From Candidatus Aenigmatarchaeota archaeon (GTDB lineage: Archaea; Aenigmatarchaeota; Aenigmatarchaeia; CG10238-14; SCSR01), in assembly GCA_018920185.1 (NCBI GenBank), contig JAHLMT010000001.1, positions 190,717 through 254,716 of the forward strand: a stretch of DNA of 64,000 nucleotides, in the 5' to 3' direction. The notes under the pieces were generated by a model. The model was given only the letters and a program-made list of their open reading frames with translations, searched no databases and had not been told where the DNA came from. Below are positions 1 through 9,171 of this stretch, in pieces (within the stretch, counting starts at the first letter, position 1; every line of letters starts with the position of its first letter). The translations under genes were made by a program, and so were the position numbers.

Positions 1-50
1 ATTTTTGTTTTAAGTCTCTTTCTAATTCTTTAGCAAAGCTTTGCAGGTTC
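1..50 (-). CDS. Partial CDS; the gene starts at 50 on the minus strand and runs off the window start (MNLQSFAKELERDLKQK...)
   Basis: Reverse complement of 1-50 starts with ATG and reads an open frame to the window edge; no homology recognised. Confidence 0.25.
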
Positions 51-166
51 ATAATATTAATAACATAACTACTATTTAAATATTTCTATAGTTAAGTATA
101 TAGGCTATCAGTTAAATTTATAAACTCTTACACTATTAATTATGTTATAAACATAGGTGATGTAAG

Positions 167-418
167 ATGGTGGAACCTTTACCTAAATGGATAATGAAAG
201 CATATTCAAAACTCTGGACTAAGTTCAAAAATAAAGAATTTAACCATGACGAGGCTTCCAAAACACTTAACGATGATAAAATGGTAAGCATTATTTTGTC
301 TGAACTGAAACAGGCAGGTTGGTTAGAAATAAGACTCCACCCAGAAGATTCAAGAAAGAGGTTGTACAAGTTAATAAGTCCTGAAGAGGCTACAAAAGAA
401 ATATCTAAAGGTGAATAA
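167..418 (+). CDS. Small winged-helix DNA-binding protein; possible controller/regulator of the downstream RM operon
   Basis: 83 aa, basic, helix-rich; its stop overlaps the start of the next gene by 8 bp; first gene of a tightly packed operon. Confidence 0.4.
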   Translation: MVEPLPKWIMKAYSKLWTKFKNKEFNHDEASKTLNDDKMVSIILSELKQAGWLEIRLHPEDSRKRLYKLISPEEATKEISKGE

Positions 419-1025
419 AATGGAAAAGGCAACTCAAAGAACTGGAAAAGAAGGGGAATTGAAAGTTATTGGAGAACTTTTAAGGCGTGGTTTTGACGTC
501 TATACTCCATTAATTGATATTGGAGGTATCGACTGCATAATTAAGACAGATGTAGGATACAAAGAAATCCAAATAAAAACTAGAGAACAATTCACAACAA
601 AATTACTATTTGATGTAAGAGACTTTCAACCCAAAGATATTTTTTTTATAATATGTTATAATATCAATGAACCTGACACGTTTTGGGTTATTCCATCTAA
701 AGTTTTCAAAGAAAATGCATACTCTTTAAAGAAATACGGTAAATTACGTCTTGTTTTGGGTGATGAAGACTCAAAAATGAGACAAAAACCACACCAGTTT
801 AGAAATAACTTTTTCCAACTAAGAGAAGGTACAAAAGAATCTGCACAAGAACTTCGAAAGGTTGTAAAAGTATCTGGTTGGCAAAAATTAAAAGAGATGT
901 ATCCAAACGTTGATGCAGTAGAGCAAAAAATTAGGGAAGCGAAAGAGAAAGGATATAGCAAAGGTTATATTAAAGTGTTGGAGAATTTGAGACGCTATTG
1001 GAAAAAACGACAAAAAGGAGTTTAA
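411..1025 (+). CDS. Hjc-like PD-(D/E)xK nuclease-fold protein with K/R-rich C-terminal extension
   Basis: N-terminal GELKVIGELLRRGFDV...IDIGGIDCIIKT...YKEIQIKT matches the E...D...ExK layout of archaeal Holliday-junction-resolvase/restriction-nuclease folds; directly abuts the RM gene. Confidence 0.5.
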   Translation: MNKMEKATQRTGKEGELKVIGELLRRGFDVYTPLIDIGGIDCIIKTDVGYKEIQIKTREQFTTKLLFDVRDFQPKDIFFIICYNINEPDTFWVIPSKVFKENAYSLKKYGKLRLVLGDEDSKMRQKPHQFRNNFFQLREGTKESAQELRKVVKVSGWQKLKEMYPNVDAVEQKIREAKEKGYSKGYIKVLENLRRYWKKRQKGV

Positions 1026-1026
1026 A

Positions 1027-4000
1027 ATGGTAGGTGTAGATTTTGCAGATAACGTATTAGGAGCATTTAAAAATATAATCAGAGAAATAGAGAAAGGTTC
1101 GTCAGAGTTAGAAATTAGAAGAACGTTTGATGAATTATTCCTAAGAGGAGTTCTAGGTTACGAGAGAAAAGATATTAAATGGGAAAAGAAAAGAGCAGAT
1201 TTAACTATTATCGATGAGAACGATTTTGCCATTGTTAAAATTGAAACAAAAAAACCAGCTGAAGATATTGATAGAAAAGATCATGAAGAGCAGGCTTTCA
1301 AATATGAAGAAGAAACAACCCGATATATCGGATTAACAAATTTTCTCAGATTTAAACTATGGGAAATTCAAAGAGAAGGGAGCAAACTGAGAGTAAATTT
1401 AGATTTTTCAAAAATACTAGAACAAAAAAAATCTGTAGAAGACTTGTCAGGTGAAGAAAAATCACAAATTTTATTTTTGAATAATTTATCAAAGGAAACT
1501 ATCTTTGATACAAAAAAGTACCAAAAATTTAATGAAACATATGCTAGAATAGACATAACAAAAGAAAGTGGATTCAGAAAACTATTAGACCGATTAAATT
1601 TTATTGCTAACATATTACTTCTAGGATATACTCTTAGAGCATTCGGTGAATACAAAGAAGGCTATACAAGCTATAAAAAAGAGTTAGAAAAAGTCGAGAA
1701 GGAATCAAAAACCAATAATAGAGAATTGAATCATAACATAGCAAGATACAAACAAAAACTAGAAGAAAAATATAAAAAATATATACCGTTCTCTGGCTTC
1801 TATCTCTGGAAGCAATATTCTGGAAAAGAGGACGTACCAGATGATGATGTGAAAGAAATATTTTGTAAAGAGACTATCTATATTTTTCTAAATAAACTTT
1901 TGTTCTTAAGAATTTGTGAAGATAAAAGATTCTTGGAAAAGAGCATATCTAACGGTGGTATAGAACAATTAAGAGAATTTCTTAAAAAGAGATTTTCTGA
2001 GGACGTTATCAATAAAGAAATTCTAGAATTAGCTTTCAAAAGTGCAAGTGACTTGTATTCACATTTCTATGAAACTGGCATTTTGGATTGGTTTAGAACT
2101 GGAGATGGAGAATTAAATGAGATTTTAAATAGAGTGTTATGGATTTTAAATCAGTTTGATTTCACCCATGTAGATAGAGATATACTAGGAAATCTTTACG
2201 AAAAATACTTGCCAAGCAATGAAAGAAAGAGATTGGGAGAATTTTATACACCAGTTGAAGTTATTGATTATATATTAACATCAGTAGGTTATACGTACAG
2301 TCATGAAATAGAAAATAAAGATTTGTTAGACCCAGCTTGTGGTTCTGGTGGATTTTTGGTAAGAGCTACTAGAAGATTGATTAGTAGATTTCTGATAAAA
2401 TTCGAGAAAGCTGATAAAAAGGAGTTAAGAGATCCTAAAAATTGGAAAGAAATTGTCAACAGATTATCGCCTGATGAAGCAAAAATAATTCTTGAAGCGA
2501 TACAAGAGCATATCTATGGCTTTGATATAAACCCGTTTGCTTGTCATATAGCTGAAATGAACATGCTTTTCCAAGTTATTGATTTGTATCAGAAAGTTAG
2601 AGAAAAATACCCTGATTACAAACTAAAAAGGTTCAAAATTTATAGAACAGATTCTTTAGAAAAACCCGTACAAAAACAGCTCTTTGACTGGACACACAAG
2701 GCATTTTTAGAAGAGCAGGAAGAGATAGACGCGATCAAGAATAAAAAGTTTGATTTTGTCGTGGGGAATCCACCGTATGTAAGAGTGCAACTTTTAGATA
2801 AAAAGATAAGAGATTACATCACAGAAAATTATACGTCAGCTTATAGTAATTTCGACTTGTATATTGTTTTCATTGAAAGAGGTTTAGAATGGTTAAAACA
2901 AAATGGGAAGTTTGGATTCATAACTTCTAATCAATTTATGATTAGAGAACACGGAAAAATGCTTAGAAAATATATTCTAGAAAATTCTAAGATTCTTCAT
3001 ATAATAGATTTTGCTCGAACGAAGATATTTCAAGATGTCACAAACTATCCAACAATTATAATTTTTGAAAAAGCAAAAACAACATCAAACACATTTAAAT
3101 TTATCAGAGTAAAGAAAGAGAAAGAAAATTTAATCAATGATATATTTCTAAAATTTAGAAATAAAGAGTATTATAGCGAATTTTTCGACATTTTTGACGT
3201 AGATCAAAATTCTTTAAGTGAAAAGCCTTGGATATTCAGTCCAGAATCCGAAAGAAATCTGGAGAAAAAATTAGAGAAAATTGAGACGAAATTAGGTAAT
3301 ATTAGTATTATTCTTCTCGGTATCCAAACTGGAAAGGATTCTCTCTTTATTGGTAAAATTGTAAAAATGATAAATCCAAATTTAATTGAATTTAAATCTA
3401 AAGAATCTGGTGGGAGGATAGAAAAAGAATTACTCAAACCTTTACTTAGAGGTCGAGAAGTCAGAAAATGGGTCATAAATTGGCATAGTGAGTATGCTAT
3501 TTCTCCACATAAAGAAAAAGATTTTACACCGATACAAGAAAGTGAGTTAAAAAATAAATATCCAAACACTTATCAATTCTTTAAAACTAACGAAGATAAG
3601 ATAAGAAAAAGATTAATGTATGGAAAAACAGCAGAACAAAGAACTGGTATTTGGTATTCTCTAATGTATTTTGATTATGCAAAATATTATCAACAACCAA
3701 AAATATTAACTCCTGCTTTGACAGATAAAAATAATTTTGCTTTAGATGAAAGTGGTTACTTCTTTGTTCTCGGAACTGCTGGAGTTTATGGAATACTCCC
3801 AAAAGAAAATGTAAATATCAAGTATCTCTTAGGTATCTTAAATTCCAAGTTATCTGAATATTTCTTAAAGAAGATATGCCCAATAAAGCAAGGTGGCTAT
3901 TTTCAATACAGCACGAAATTTTTAGAAAAACTCCCCATCAAACTTCCAGAAACGCTAGAAGAGAAGAAAATTGCTGAACAAATTATTAAGAAAGTAGATG

Positions 4001-4455
4001 AAATTCTCGAGTTACATAAAAAAGGAATTGTCGATATAGATGCAATTTTAGAAGGTGAAGAAACAGAAAAGCTTTACAGTTTACCAAAAATTACATTCCA
4101 TATAAAAGACAATGCAAAATTTGAAAAAATTAAAGTAGATGATAATAAAATTTTCATAAATCCACAAGATTTTGTAGAAATCAAAGAAAAAAAAGTAAGA
4201 GATTTTGTAGAAGTTTATCTTAATTACAATAGAGAAAAACTTGCTAAATCTAAAGATGTAAAAAATCTAATTCTCAATATCCCCATTCCTAAATCTGAGG
4301 AAGTTTTAAAAGAAATTATTAAAAAAGGTGTATTTGATCAAGAACAGATTAAAGATAAAATCAAAAAACTTGAAGATGAGATTAACGAGCTAGTTTATCA
4401 AATATATGGAATTACAAAAGAAGAGAGAAAAATTATTGAGGAGAGTATAAAATGA
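1027..4455 (+). CDS. Type IIG restriction-modification enzyme (fused PD-ExK endonuclease, gamma-class N6-adenine DNA methyltransferase and target-recognition domain)
   Basis: 1142 aa; N-terminal D...ExK (ADLTIIDEN...VKIETKK); motif X GEFYTP, motif I LLDPACGSGGFLV, motif IV VVGNPPYV; long C-terminal TRD-like region; MmeI/Eco57I-like architecture. Confidence 0.8.
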   Translation: MVGVDFADNVLGAFKNIIREIEKGSSELEIRRTFDELFLRGVLGYERKDIKWEKKRADLTIIDENDFAIVKIETKKPAEDIDRKDHEEQAFKYEEETTRYIGLTNFLRFKLWEIQREGSKLRVNLDFSKILEQKKSVEDLSGEEKSQILFLNNLSKETIFDTKKYQKFNETYARIDITKESGFRKLLDRLNFIANILLLGYTLRAFGEYKEGYTSYKKELEKVEKESKTNNRELNHNIARYKQKLEEKYKKYIPFSGFYLWKQYSGKEDVPDDDVKEIFCKETIYIFLNKLLFLRICEDKRFLEKSISNGGIEQLREFLKKRFSEDVINKEILELAFKSASDLYSHFYETGILDWFRTGDGELNEILNRVLWILNQFDFTHVDRDILGNLYEKYLPSNERKRLGEFYTPVEVIDYILTSVGYTYSHEIENKDLLDPACGSGGFLVRATRRLISRFLIKFEKADKKELRDPKNWKEIVNRLSPDEAKIILEAIQEHIYGFDINPFACHIAEMNMLFQVIDLYQKVREKYPDYKLKRFKIYRTDSLEKPVQKQLFDWTHKAFLEEQEEIDAIKNKKFDFVVGNPPYVRVQLLDKKIRDYITENYTSAYSNFDLYIVFIERGLEWLKQNGKFGFITSNQFMIREHGKMLRKYILENSKILHIIDFARTKIFQDVTNYPTIIIFEKAKTTSNTFKFIRVKKEKENLINDIFLKFRNKEYYSEFFDIFDVDQNSLSEKPWIFSPESERNLEKKLEKIETKLGNISIILLGIQTGKDSLFIGKIVKMINPNLIEFKSKESGGRIEKELLKPLLRGREVRKWVINWHSEYAISPHKEKDFTPIQESELKNKYPNTYQFFKTNEDKIRKRLMYGKTAEQRTGIWYSLMYFDYAKYYQQPKILTPALTDKNNFALDESGYFFVLGTAGVYGILPKENVNIKYLLGILNSKLSEYFLKKICPIKQGGYFQYSTKFLEKLPIKLPETLEEKKIAEQIIKKVDEILELHKKGIVDIDAILEGEETEKLYSLPKITFHIKDNAKFEKIKVDDNKIFINPQDFVEIKEKKVRDFVEVYLNYNREKLAKSKDVKNLILNIPIPKSEEVLKEIIKKGVFDQEQIKDKIKKLEDEINELVYQIYGITKEERKIIEESIK

Positions 4456-4901
4456 AGAAAACTTTTTTATTAACAATAACAATGATCTTATTGATAATTC
4501 AGCTAGTTTATGCCGCAGACATACCTACATCAAACCAACAACAATATGGTGAATGTAACTATAACGAATATGAAATAAAGATTTCTAAACTAGAACAGAA
4601 TATTACAAAATTAACAAACCAATTAGAATATTACAAGAATCTTAGCGAATATTATAGAGAACTTTATGAAAGCAAAAATACAGGTTTAACAAATAAAGAA
4701 GTTATAGAAATTAACAAAAACTTAACTATTATTTATCAAAATATATCGAATTTGTTTAAAAAAATAGAAAATATAGAAAATAGGTTCAAGATATTTTCTT
4801 TAGAATTTGGTATATCGATAATAGGTTTAACAACAATGGGTGTGACAATAGTAGAAGTTATTTTAAATATCTTAATAAGAAAGAAAAATCATGAAAGTTA
4901 A
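4452..4901 (+). CDS. Secreted coiled-coil protein with N-terminal signal peptide and C-terminal TM anchor
   Basis: Hydrophobic N-terminus, heptad-rich Q/N/E/K middle, C-terminal hydrophobic helix; 4-bp overlap with the RM gene stop. Confidence 0.4.
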   Translation: MKKTFLLTITMILLIIQLVYAADIPTSNQQQYGECNYNEYEIKISKLEQNITKLTNQLEYYKNLSEYYRELYESKNTGLTNKEVIEINKNLTIIYQNISNLFKKIENIENRFKIFSLEFGISIIGLTTMGVTIVEVILNILIRKKNHES

Positions 4902-5838
4902 AAAAGAAATTAAGAAAAATTTACGCCAATTGATTCTAGGTCTATTATTTGGGATTATTTTATTGTTACTCTTTCTAATTGCTAGCCAAATAATTCCTCG
5001 TATATTTGATATTGTTTATGGAGAAAAAATTGTAATTCAGATATTAAATAATATAACTAGCAATTTATCAAATACTGACAAAATAGCACTTTCCATTATG
5101 AATTGGGAGAAAGAATATTTTTATAACCCTTATTCTCTATGGAATCCAAATTCTACTCTACAAAAATATGGAATTTATAAAATAAATGGAAGCTATAGTT
5201 GGTTTGTCAGAAATGCTCCAGTCTCATGGATTATATTTTCAAAGTTAGCAAATTGTGAGGAATATGCAAAAGTCTTTGTTTATTTAATGAATAAGAAAGG
5301 TATAAAATCCAGATTAGTTCATGCTCTGGGAGAAGATCATGCCTGGGCTGAATATTATTCTGAAGGTTACAAAATTGTTGTCGACCCATCAGAGAACAAA
5401 ACAATTTCAGACAAGAAAAAATTTGCAGAAGGTAGAAATTGGTCTTATATAGAATCTATTGACATTTTTAACATTTCAAATATAAATGATGTATCAGATG
5501 AGTATATAGAAAGAGGTATTTTAAATATTCGTGTTATGAGTAGAGATAAATCAGTAGAAGGAGTTGATATAATTATAAAAAGCCCCTATCTTATGAAAGT
5601 ATATCCTGAAAGATATAAGAAACCTAAAATTGTTCTAATTAACAAAACAAATAAAGATGGTGAAGTATTTTTCAAATTAGGAGAAAAAGAATATATCGTA
5701 GAAGTTAGAAAAAGTTATTTTATTTTTGATATTATTTTTAGTAAAAATGCTAGTGTAATTTCAAATAAAGAGATTAATCTTAGTTTTGATTTGGATAAAG
5801 ATAAACCAGAATTAAGGTTTTTAAATTGGTTAGATTAA
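4891..5838 (+). CDS. Membrane-anchored transglutaminase-like cysteine protease superfamily protein
   Basis: N-terminal TM helix; Cys-His-Asp triad context ANCEEYA ... DHAWAEYY ... VVDPS typical of the transglutaminase-like core; overlaps the upstream gene by 11 bp. Confidence 0.6.
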   Translation: MKVKKEIKKNLRQLILGLLFGIILLLLFLIASQIIPRIFDIVYGEKIVIQILNNITSNLSNTDKIALSIMNWEKEYFYNPYSLWNPNSTLQKYGIYKINGSYSWFVRNAPVSWIIFSKLANCEEYAKVFVYLMNKKGIKSRLVHALGEDHAWAEYYSEGYKIVVDPSENKTISDKKKFAEGRNWSYIESIDIFNISNINDVSDEYIERGILNIRVMSRDKSVEGVDIIIKSPYLMKVYPERYKKPKIVLINKTNKDGEVFFKLGEKEYIVEVRKSYFIFDIIFSKNASVISNKEINLSFDLDKDKPELRFLNWLD

Positions 5839-5841
5839 GAT

Positions 5842-6024
5842 ATGTCTAACTTAGTCGATCGATTGTTGCAAGAAATTTATAAAAAGTGTTACAAGAGACA
5901 CAAAATAAATTGCAAAATAAGAAGTCAACTACTTTATGGAGCTTTAAAAGACAAGGGCTATGAACCAAGAATGTTGAGATACCTTAATTCTGAAGATCAG
6001 GAAAAGAGAGTTAAAATTAACTGA
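5842..6024 (+). CDS. Small basic hypothetical protein (60 aa)
   Basis: ORF starts 3 bp after the previous stop; K/R-rich; no recognisable motif. Confidence 0.25.
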   Translation: MSNLVDRLLQEIYKKCYKRHKINCKIRSQLLYGALKDKGYEPRMLRYLNSEDQEKRVKIN

Positions 6025-6249
6025 TATCAGGAGAGAAGTCTGATTTTATGTCGTGATTTTATTAGGCGACAATGCGCTTGATCCAAATTTACCTCATTGG
6101 ACAAACCCAAATAAAGATGAGTTAAAAAGAATATGCGACCAGTGTGATTTATCCCACCTTTTTACTGATGCCTTAGAAGATCCTGAAAATTTTAAACCAC
6201 CTTCATAAAATAGACCAAATGTTAAATTAAATCAACATTAAATATATTT

Positions 6250-7227
6250 ATGTCACTCTGGGATCGACAAATAAAACCAATGCTTGCATTTTTGGCCAAT
6301 CCTTTTAATGACACGAATTTTCTTTTTGAGATCAAATTTGACGGCACTCGAGGTATTGCTTATATAGATAAACTGAAAAAAGATGTAAAGTTACTAAATC
6401 GTCGAATGATTTATTTTGAATTTAGATATCCAGAATTACAAGATATGTGGAAAGATGCGGACGCAAATCGTGTAATCCTCGATGGAGAAGTTGTCGTATT
6501 CAAAAAAGGGAAACCTGATTTCAGACTATTAGCTGAACGAGAACACATGGATGATAAAATTAGAATAGAATTTTTATCTAAATTACATCCAGCGACTTAT
6601 GTAGTTTTTGATATCTTGCATAAAGACGGTAAAGATTTAGTTGATGTGCCTTTATCAGAACGTAAGAAAATTTTGGAAAAGACTGTTAAAGAAAGTGAAA
6701 GAGTTTTGTTGTCAACTTATGTTATTGGTGAAGGGAAGAAATTTTTCAATAAGGTGAAAAAGAAAAAGTTAGAAGGAGTGATGGCTAAAAGATTGCAATC
6801 TACTTATCAAATTGGTAAAAGGTCGAAAGATTGGCTAAAAATAAAATCTTTGCACACTATAGATGCTATAATCGTTGGATATACCTCTGGTGAAGGCTGG
6901 AGAGAAAAATATTTTGGTGCTCTGATTTGCGGAATTTATTACAAAGGAAAATTGCATTATCTTGGACGTGTAGGTACTGGTTTAGATGAAAAAGGATATG
7001 CTGAACTAACAGAACAACTGAAAAAATTAGAAACTGATAAAAATCCTTTTGAAAAATTTGATGAAGATCCAGAAATAATGCAAAAAATTCATTGGGTTAA
7101 ACCTAAGTTGGTTGCTGAAGTTAAGTTTATGAATTTGACTCCTGATTTTAAAATGCGTGCACCATCATTCATAAGATTGAGGGAAGATAAATTATTAGAA
7201 GAATGCCGATTAGAAGAAATTTTATAA
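6250..7227 (+). CDS. Minimal ATP-dependent DNA ligase (adenylation plus OB domains only)
   Basis: Motif I KFDGTRG (KxDGxR); 325 aa, so lacks the DNA-binding domain of replicative archaeal Lig1; resembles LigD-ligase-domain/viral minimal ligases. Confidence 0.8.
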   Translation: MSLWDRQIKPMLAFLANPFNDTNFLFEIKFDGTRGIAYIDKLKKDVKLLNRRMIYFEFRYPELQDMWKDADANRVILDGEVVVFKKGKPDFRLLAEREHMDDKIRIEFLSKLHPATYVVFDILHKDGKDLVDVPLSERKKILEKTVKESERVLLSTYVIGEGKKFFNKVKKKKLEGVMAKRLQSTYQIGKRSKDWLKIKSLHTIDAIIVGYTSGEGWREKYFGALICGIYYKGKLHYLGRVGTGLDEKGYAELTEQLKKLETDKNPFEKFDEDPEIMQKIHWVKPKLVAEVKFMNLTPDFKMRAPSFIRLREDKLLEECRLEEIL

Positions 7228-7436
7228 GAATAATTGATAAGATGTGTTATTGCATGGTAAAAATAGACTTGAACCAAAATTTTTCCTGCATTAATTCTTT
7301 TAAAATGCCGTTTCGCGTTGAAAGACCTTTTGAAAAGTCTTCATGGCAAAAATCCAACAACAGAAGTTTAACAAAAGCCTTTTATATTTTAACAATTCAT
7401 TTAACAAAATAACTCTATACGAAAATAAGGATAAAC

Positions 7437-8537
7437 ATGCCCTACCAATATGTAGAAGCAAACTTTGTTCAACTTTTTGATGAGAAAGATTTTCGTCTAC
7501 AACGTGGACTAACTGAAGATAAAAGAGGATTTTTAGGAGGTTATTTTTTAGGTCATAGTTTTTCAAATTATGGTAATGTTGAACTAAATGGTATCACAAC
7601 TTTTGGCCCGTCTGTTAAAGCAGACCTCAATCCCTTTGGGACAATCAACATGAAAGAAGTTGACCCTAAATTACATTCAGTTTTTCTTAATATGAGACCA
7701 TTTCTATTAGCACAAAATGAAACTCAATATGTAGCCGGTCGCTTTATTGGCGACGGTAAAAAACTTTACCTAGAAGTTGGTAGCGAAGATTCACCAAAAG
7801 ATTTAGAGATACTTTTTACTCAAATGACAATTCAAAATAAAGCTGGAGAAGAATTAACTGACGTACCATTTGAAGACATAGGTAAAGCTATTGGAAAATT
7901 GGTTAATGTTTTATTTGAGCATTCAGTATTACTTAGACCGGGGGATAAAGTAGATTTATACGACCTTACCCCTGTGCACGAACAAATTATACCTAGCAGA
8001 AGTTACCTATTACAGTTTGGCACTTCTGTGAACTATCACCCTAGCTTAGAAAAAACTGTAAGAGCTTTACCTCAGATGAGAGGAAAGATACCGCGCTATT
8101 ATCTGTTTGTTGATCGTCATATAGTTCATCCGCTAATAAGATTAATTGGTTTAATTCCAGAAGGTGAGACAAAAACTCAGGCCGTTACAGCAGAAATTTA
8201 TGCAAGGAATGTACTAGAACTACCCGAAGACGTTATTGCTGGTTCACCAGAAATAACCCCATCAGAAATAACACTAGAGCTTAAGGCTGTAGGTGAATAT
8301 AGTATAAAACCGCAATCAGTCGAGGAACTGGAAAAAATAGCCAGAATTTCTGAGAAAGTAGGGCAAAAAGTACCTTTACAAGTATACTTAGGTGATATAG
8401 GAGATACACCAGAAGAATTGCTTAGAAAATACATTATGAGAGAGTTATTTCCGCATTTGATAAAAGAAATGGTTGGTTCCGACACGATTCCAGACGATTT
8501 TAAGTATAGAATAAATATAGACCTAAGGCAAGTTTAA
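7437..8537 (+). CDS. Hypothetical protein (366 aa), no motif recognised
   Basis: Long ORF with higher GC than neighbours; same strand and immediately downstream of the minimal ligase. Confidence 0.4.
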   Translation: MPYQYVEANFVQLFDEKDFRLQRGLTEDKRGFLGGYFLGHSFSNYGNVELNGITTFGPSVKADLNPFGTINMKEVDPKLHSVFLNMRPFLLAQNETQYVAGRFIGDGKKLYLEVGSEDSPKDLEILFTQMTIQNKAGEELTDVPFEDIGKAIGKLVNVLFEHSVLLRPGDKVDLYDLTPVHEQIIPSRSYLLQFGTSVNYHPSLEKTVRALPQMRGKIPRYYLFVDRHIVHPLIRLIGLIPEGETKTQAVTAEIYARNVLELPEDVIAGSPEITPSEITLELKAVGEYSIKPQSVEELEKIARISEKVGQKVPLQVYLGDIGDTPEELLRKYIMRELFPHLIKEMVGSDTIPDDFKYRINIDLRQV

Positions 8538-8654
8538 ACCCTACTCATAAATAAGATTGAAAGACTAATATATTAGTATGGTAACTATCAAACAAAGATT
8601 TCGTGGCGTAAAACAAAACTTGAAAAGATTTCGGGCACTTTGGGAGAAACAACA

Positions 8655-8664
8655 TCTATATAAG
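8655..8664 (+). promoter_or_regulatory. Putative archaeal TATA box (TCTATATAAG) with A-rich BRE-like upstream, about 35 bp before the 8698 start
   Basis: Sequence tctatataag preceded by aaacaac; spacing fits a short-leader archaeal promoter. Confidence 0.35.
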
Positions 8665-8697
8665 TGGTGGAGACGACTTAAAGTAAAATAACTGTAG

Positions 8698-9045
8698 ATG
8701 TCTATGCGAACTTTGTATTGTCTAGCTTTGATTACATTGATTTTCTTAAGTGGTTGTACTACCCCACCAAAAATAGATGCTTCACTAGCAACTCAAGAAT
8801 GCATAAAATTATGCGAGAATGCTTTAAAAGAAGGCAGAGATTTATCTAATGGTCCTTGCTTATCTGATAACAATCCTAGCTGGACAGTAGAAAACTGGGT
8901 TTGTGATGTTGCACATTCTCCTCGCCAGCAGATAGATAACCAGAGAGAAAATCAATGTAATGAATGGTGGGAAAGTTACCAAAAAGGTTCTCCGTTAAAT
9001 TTTGTTGAGGTTACTCCAAGTTGTAAATTTATCAAAACTGGTTAA
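8698..9045 (+). CDS. Secreted Cys-rich lipoprotein-like protein
   Basis: Signal peptide with lipobox-like LSGC; 8 Cys in the mature part. Confidence 0.45.
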   Translation: MSMRTLYCLALITLIFLSGCTTPPKIDASLATQECIKLCENALKEGRDLSNGPCLSDNNPSWTVENWVCDVAHSPRQQIDNQRENQCNEWWESYQKGSPLNFVEVTPSCKFIKTG

Positions 9046-9171
9046 ATTATGCTTCTGTGGCGGCTTCTTCCTTAGCTTTTCTTGCTCTTCTAGCCCTTCT
9101 TGCCAAATATTCACCCCCCTTAGAATTAACTAATCATTATAATACTCTTTTATAAATATAAACTCTGTGAT

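Noticed and set aside
145-432. 95-aa minus-strand ORF antisense to the wHTH gene, and many similar antisense or shadow ORFs (656-961, 1368-1655, 3204-3802, 8198-8485, 9273-9570, 13841-14651, 25142-26272, 36213-36515, 38531-39085, 43165-44029, 45229-45906, 51542-52315, 60109-60879, 61558-62203 and others)
   Set aside because: Each lies entirely inside a longer ORF on the opposite strand that has clear homology or motifs; low-complexity or hydrophobic translations typical of antisense frames.
1027-4455. Possibility that the 1142-aa NPPY protein is a BREX PglX
   Set aside because: No brxA/B/C, pglZ or brxL in the vicinity; N-terminal PD-ExK plus FYTP/NPPY plus TRD fits a self-contained Type IIG enzyme better.
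6053-6207. Possible GTG-initiated 51-codon ORF (VILLGDNALDPNLPHWTNPNKDELKRICDQCD...) after the 60-aa gene, possibly a frameshifted continuation
   Set aside because: The frame is closed upstream by TGA at 5975 and 6041, so it cannot be joined to 5842-6024 by a single shift; no motif; too short to call.
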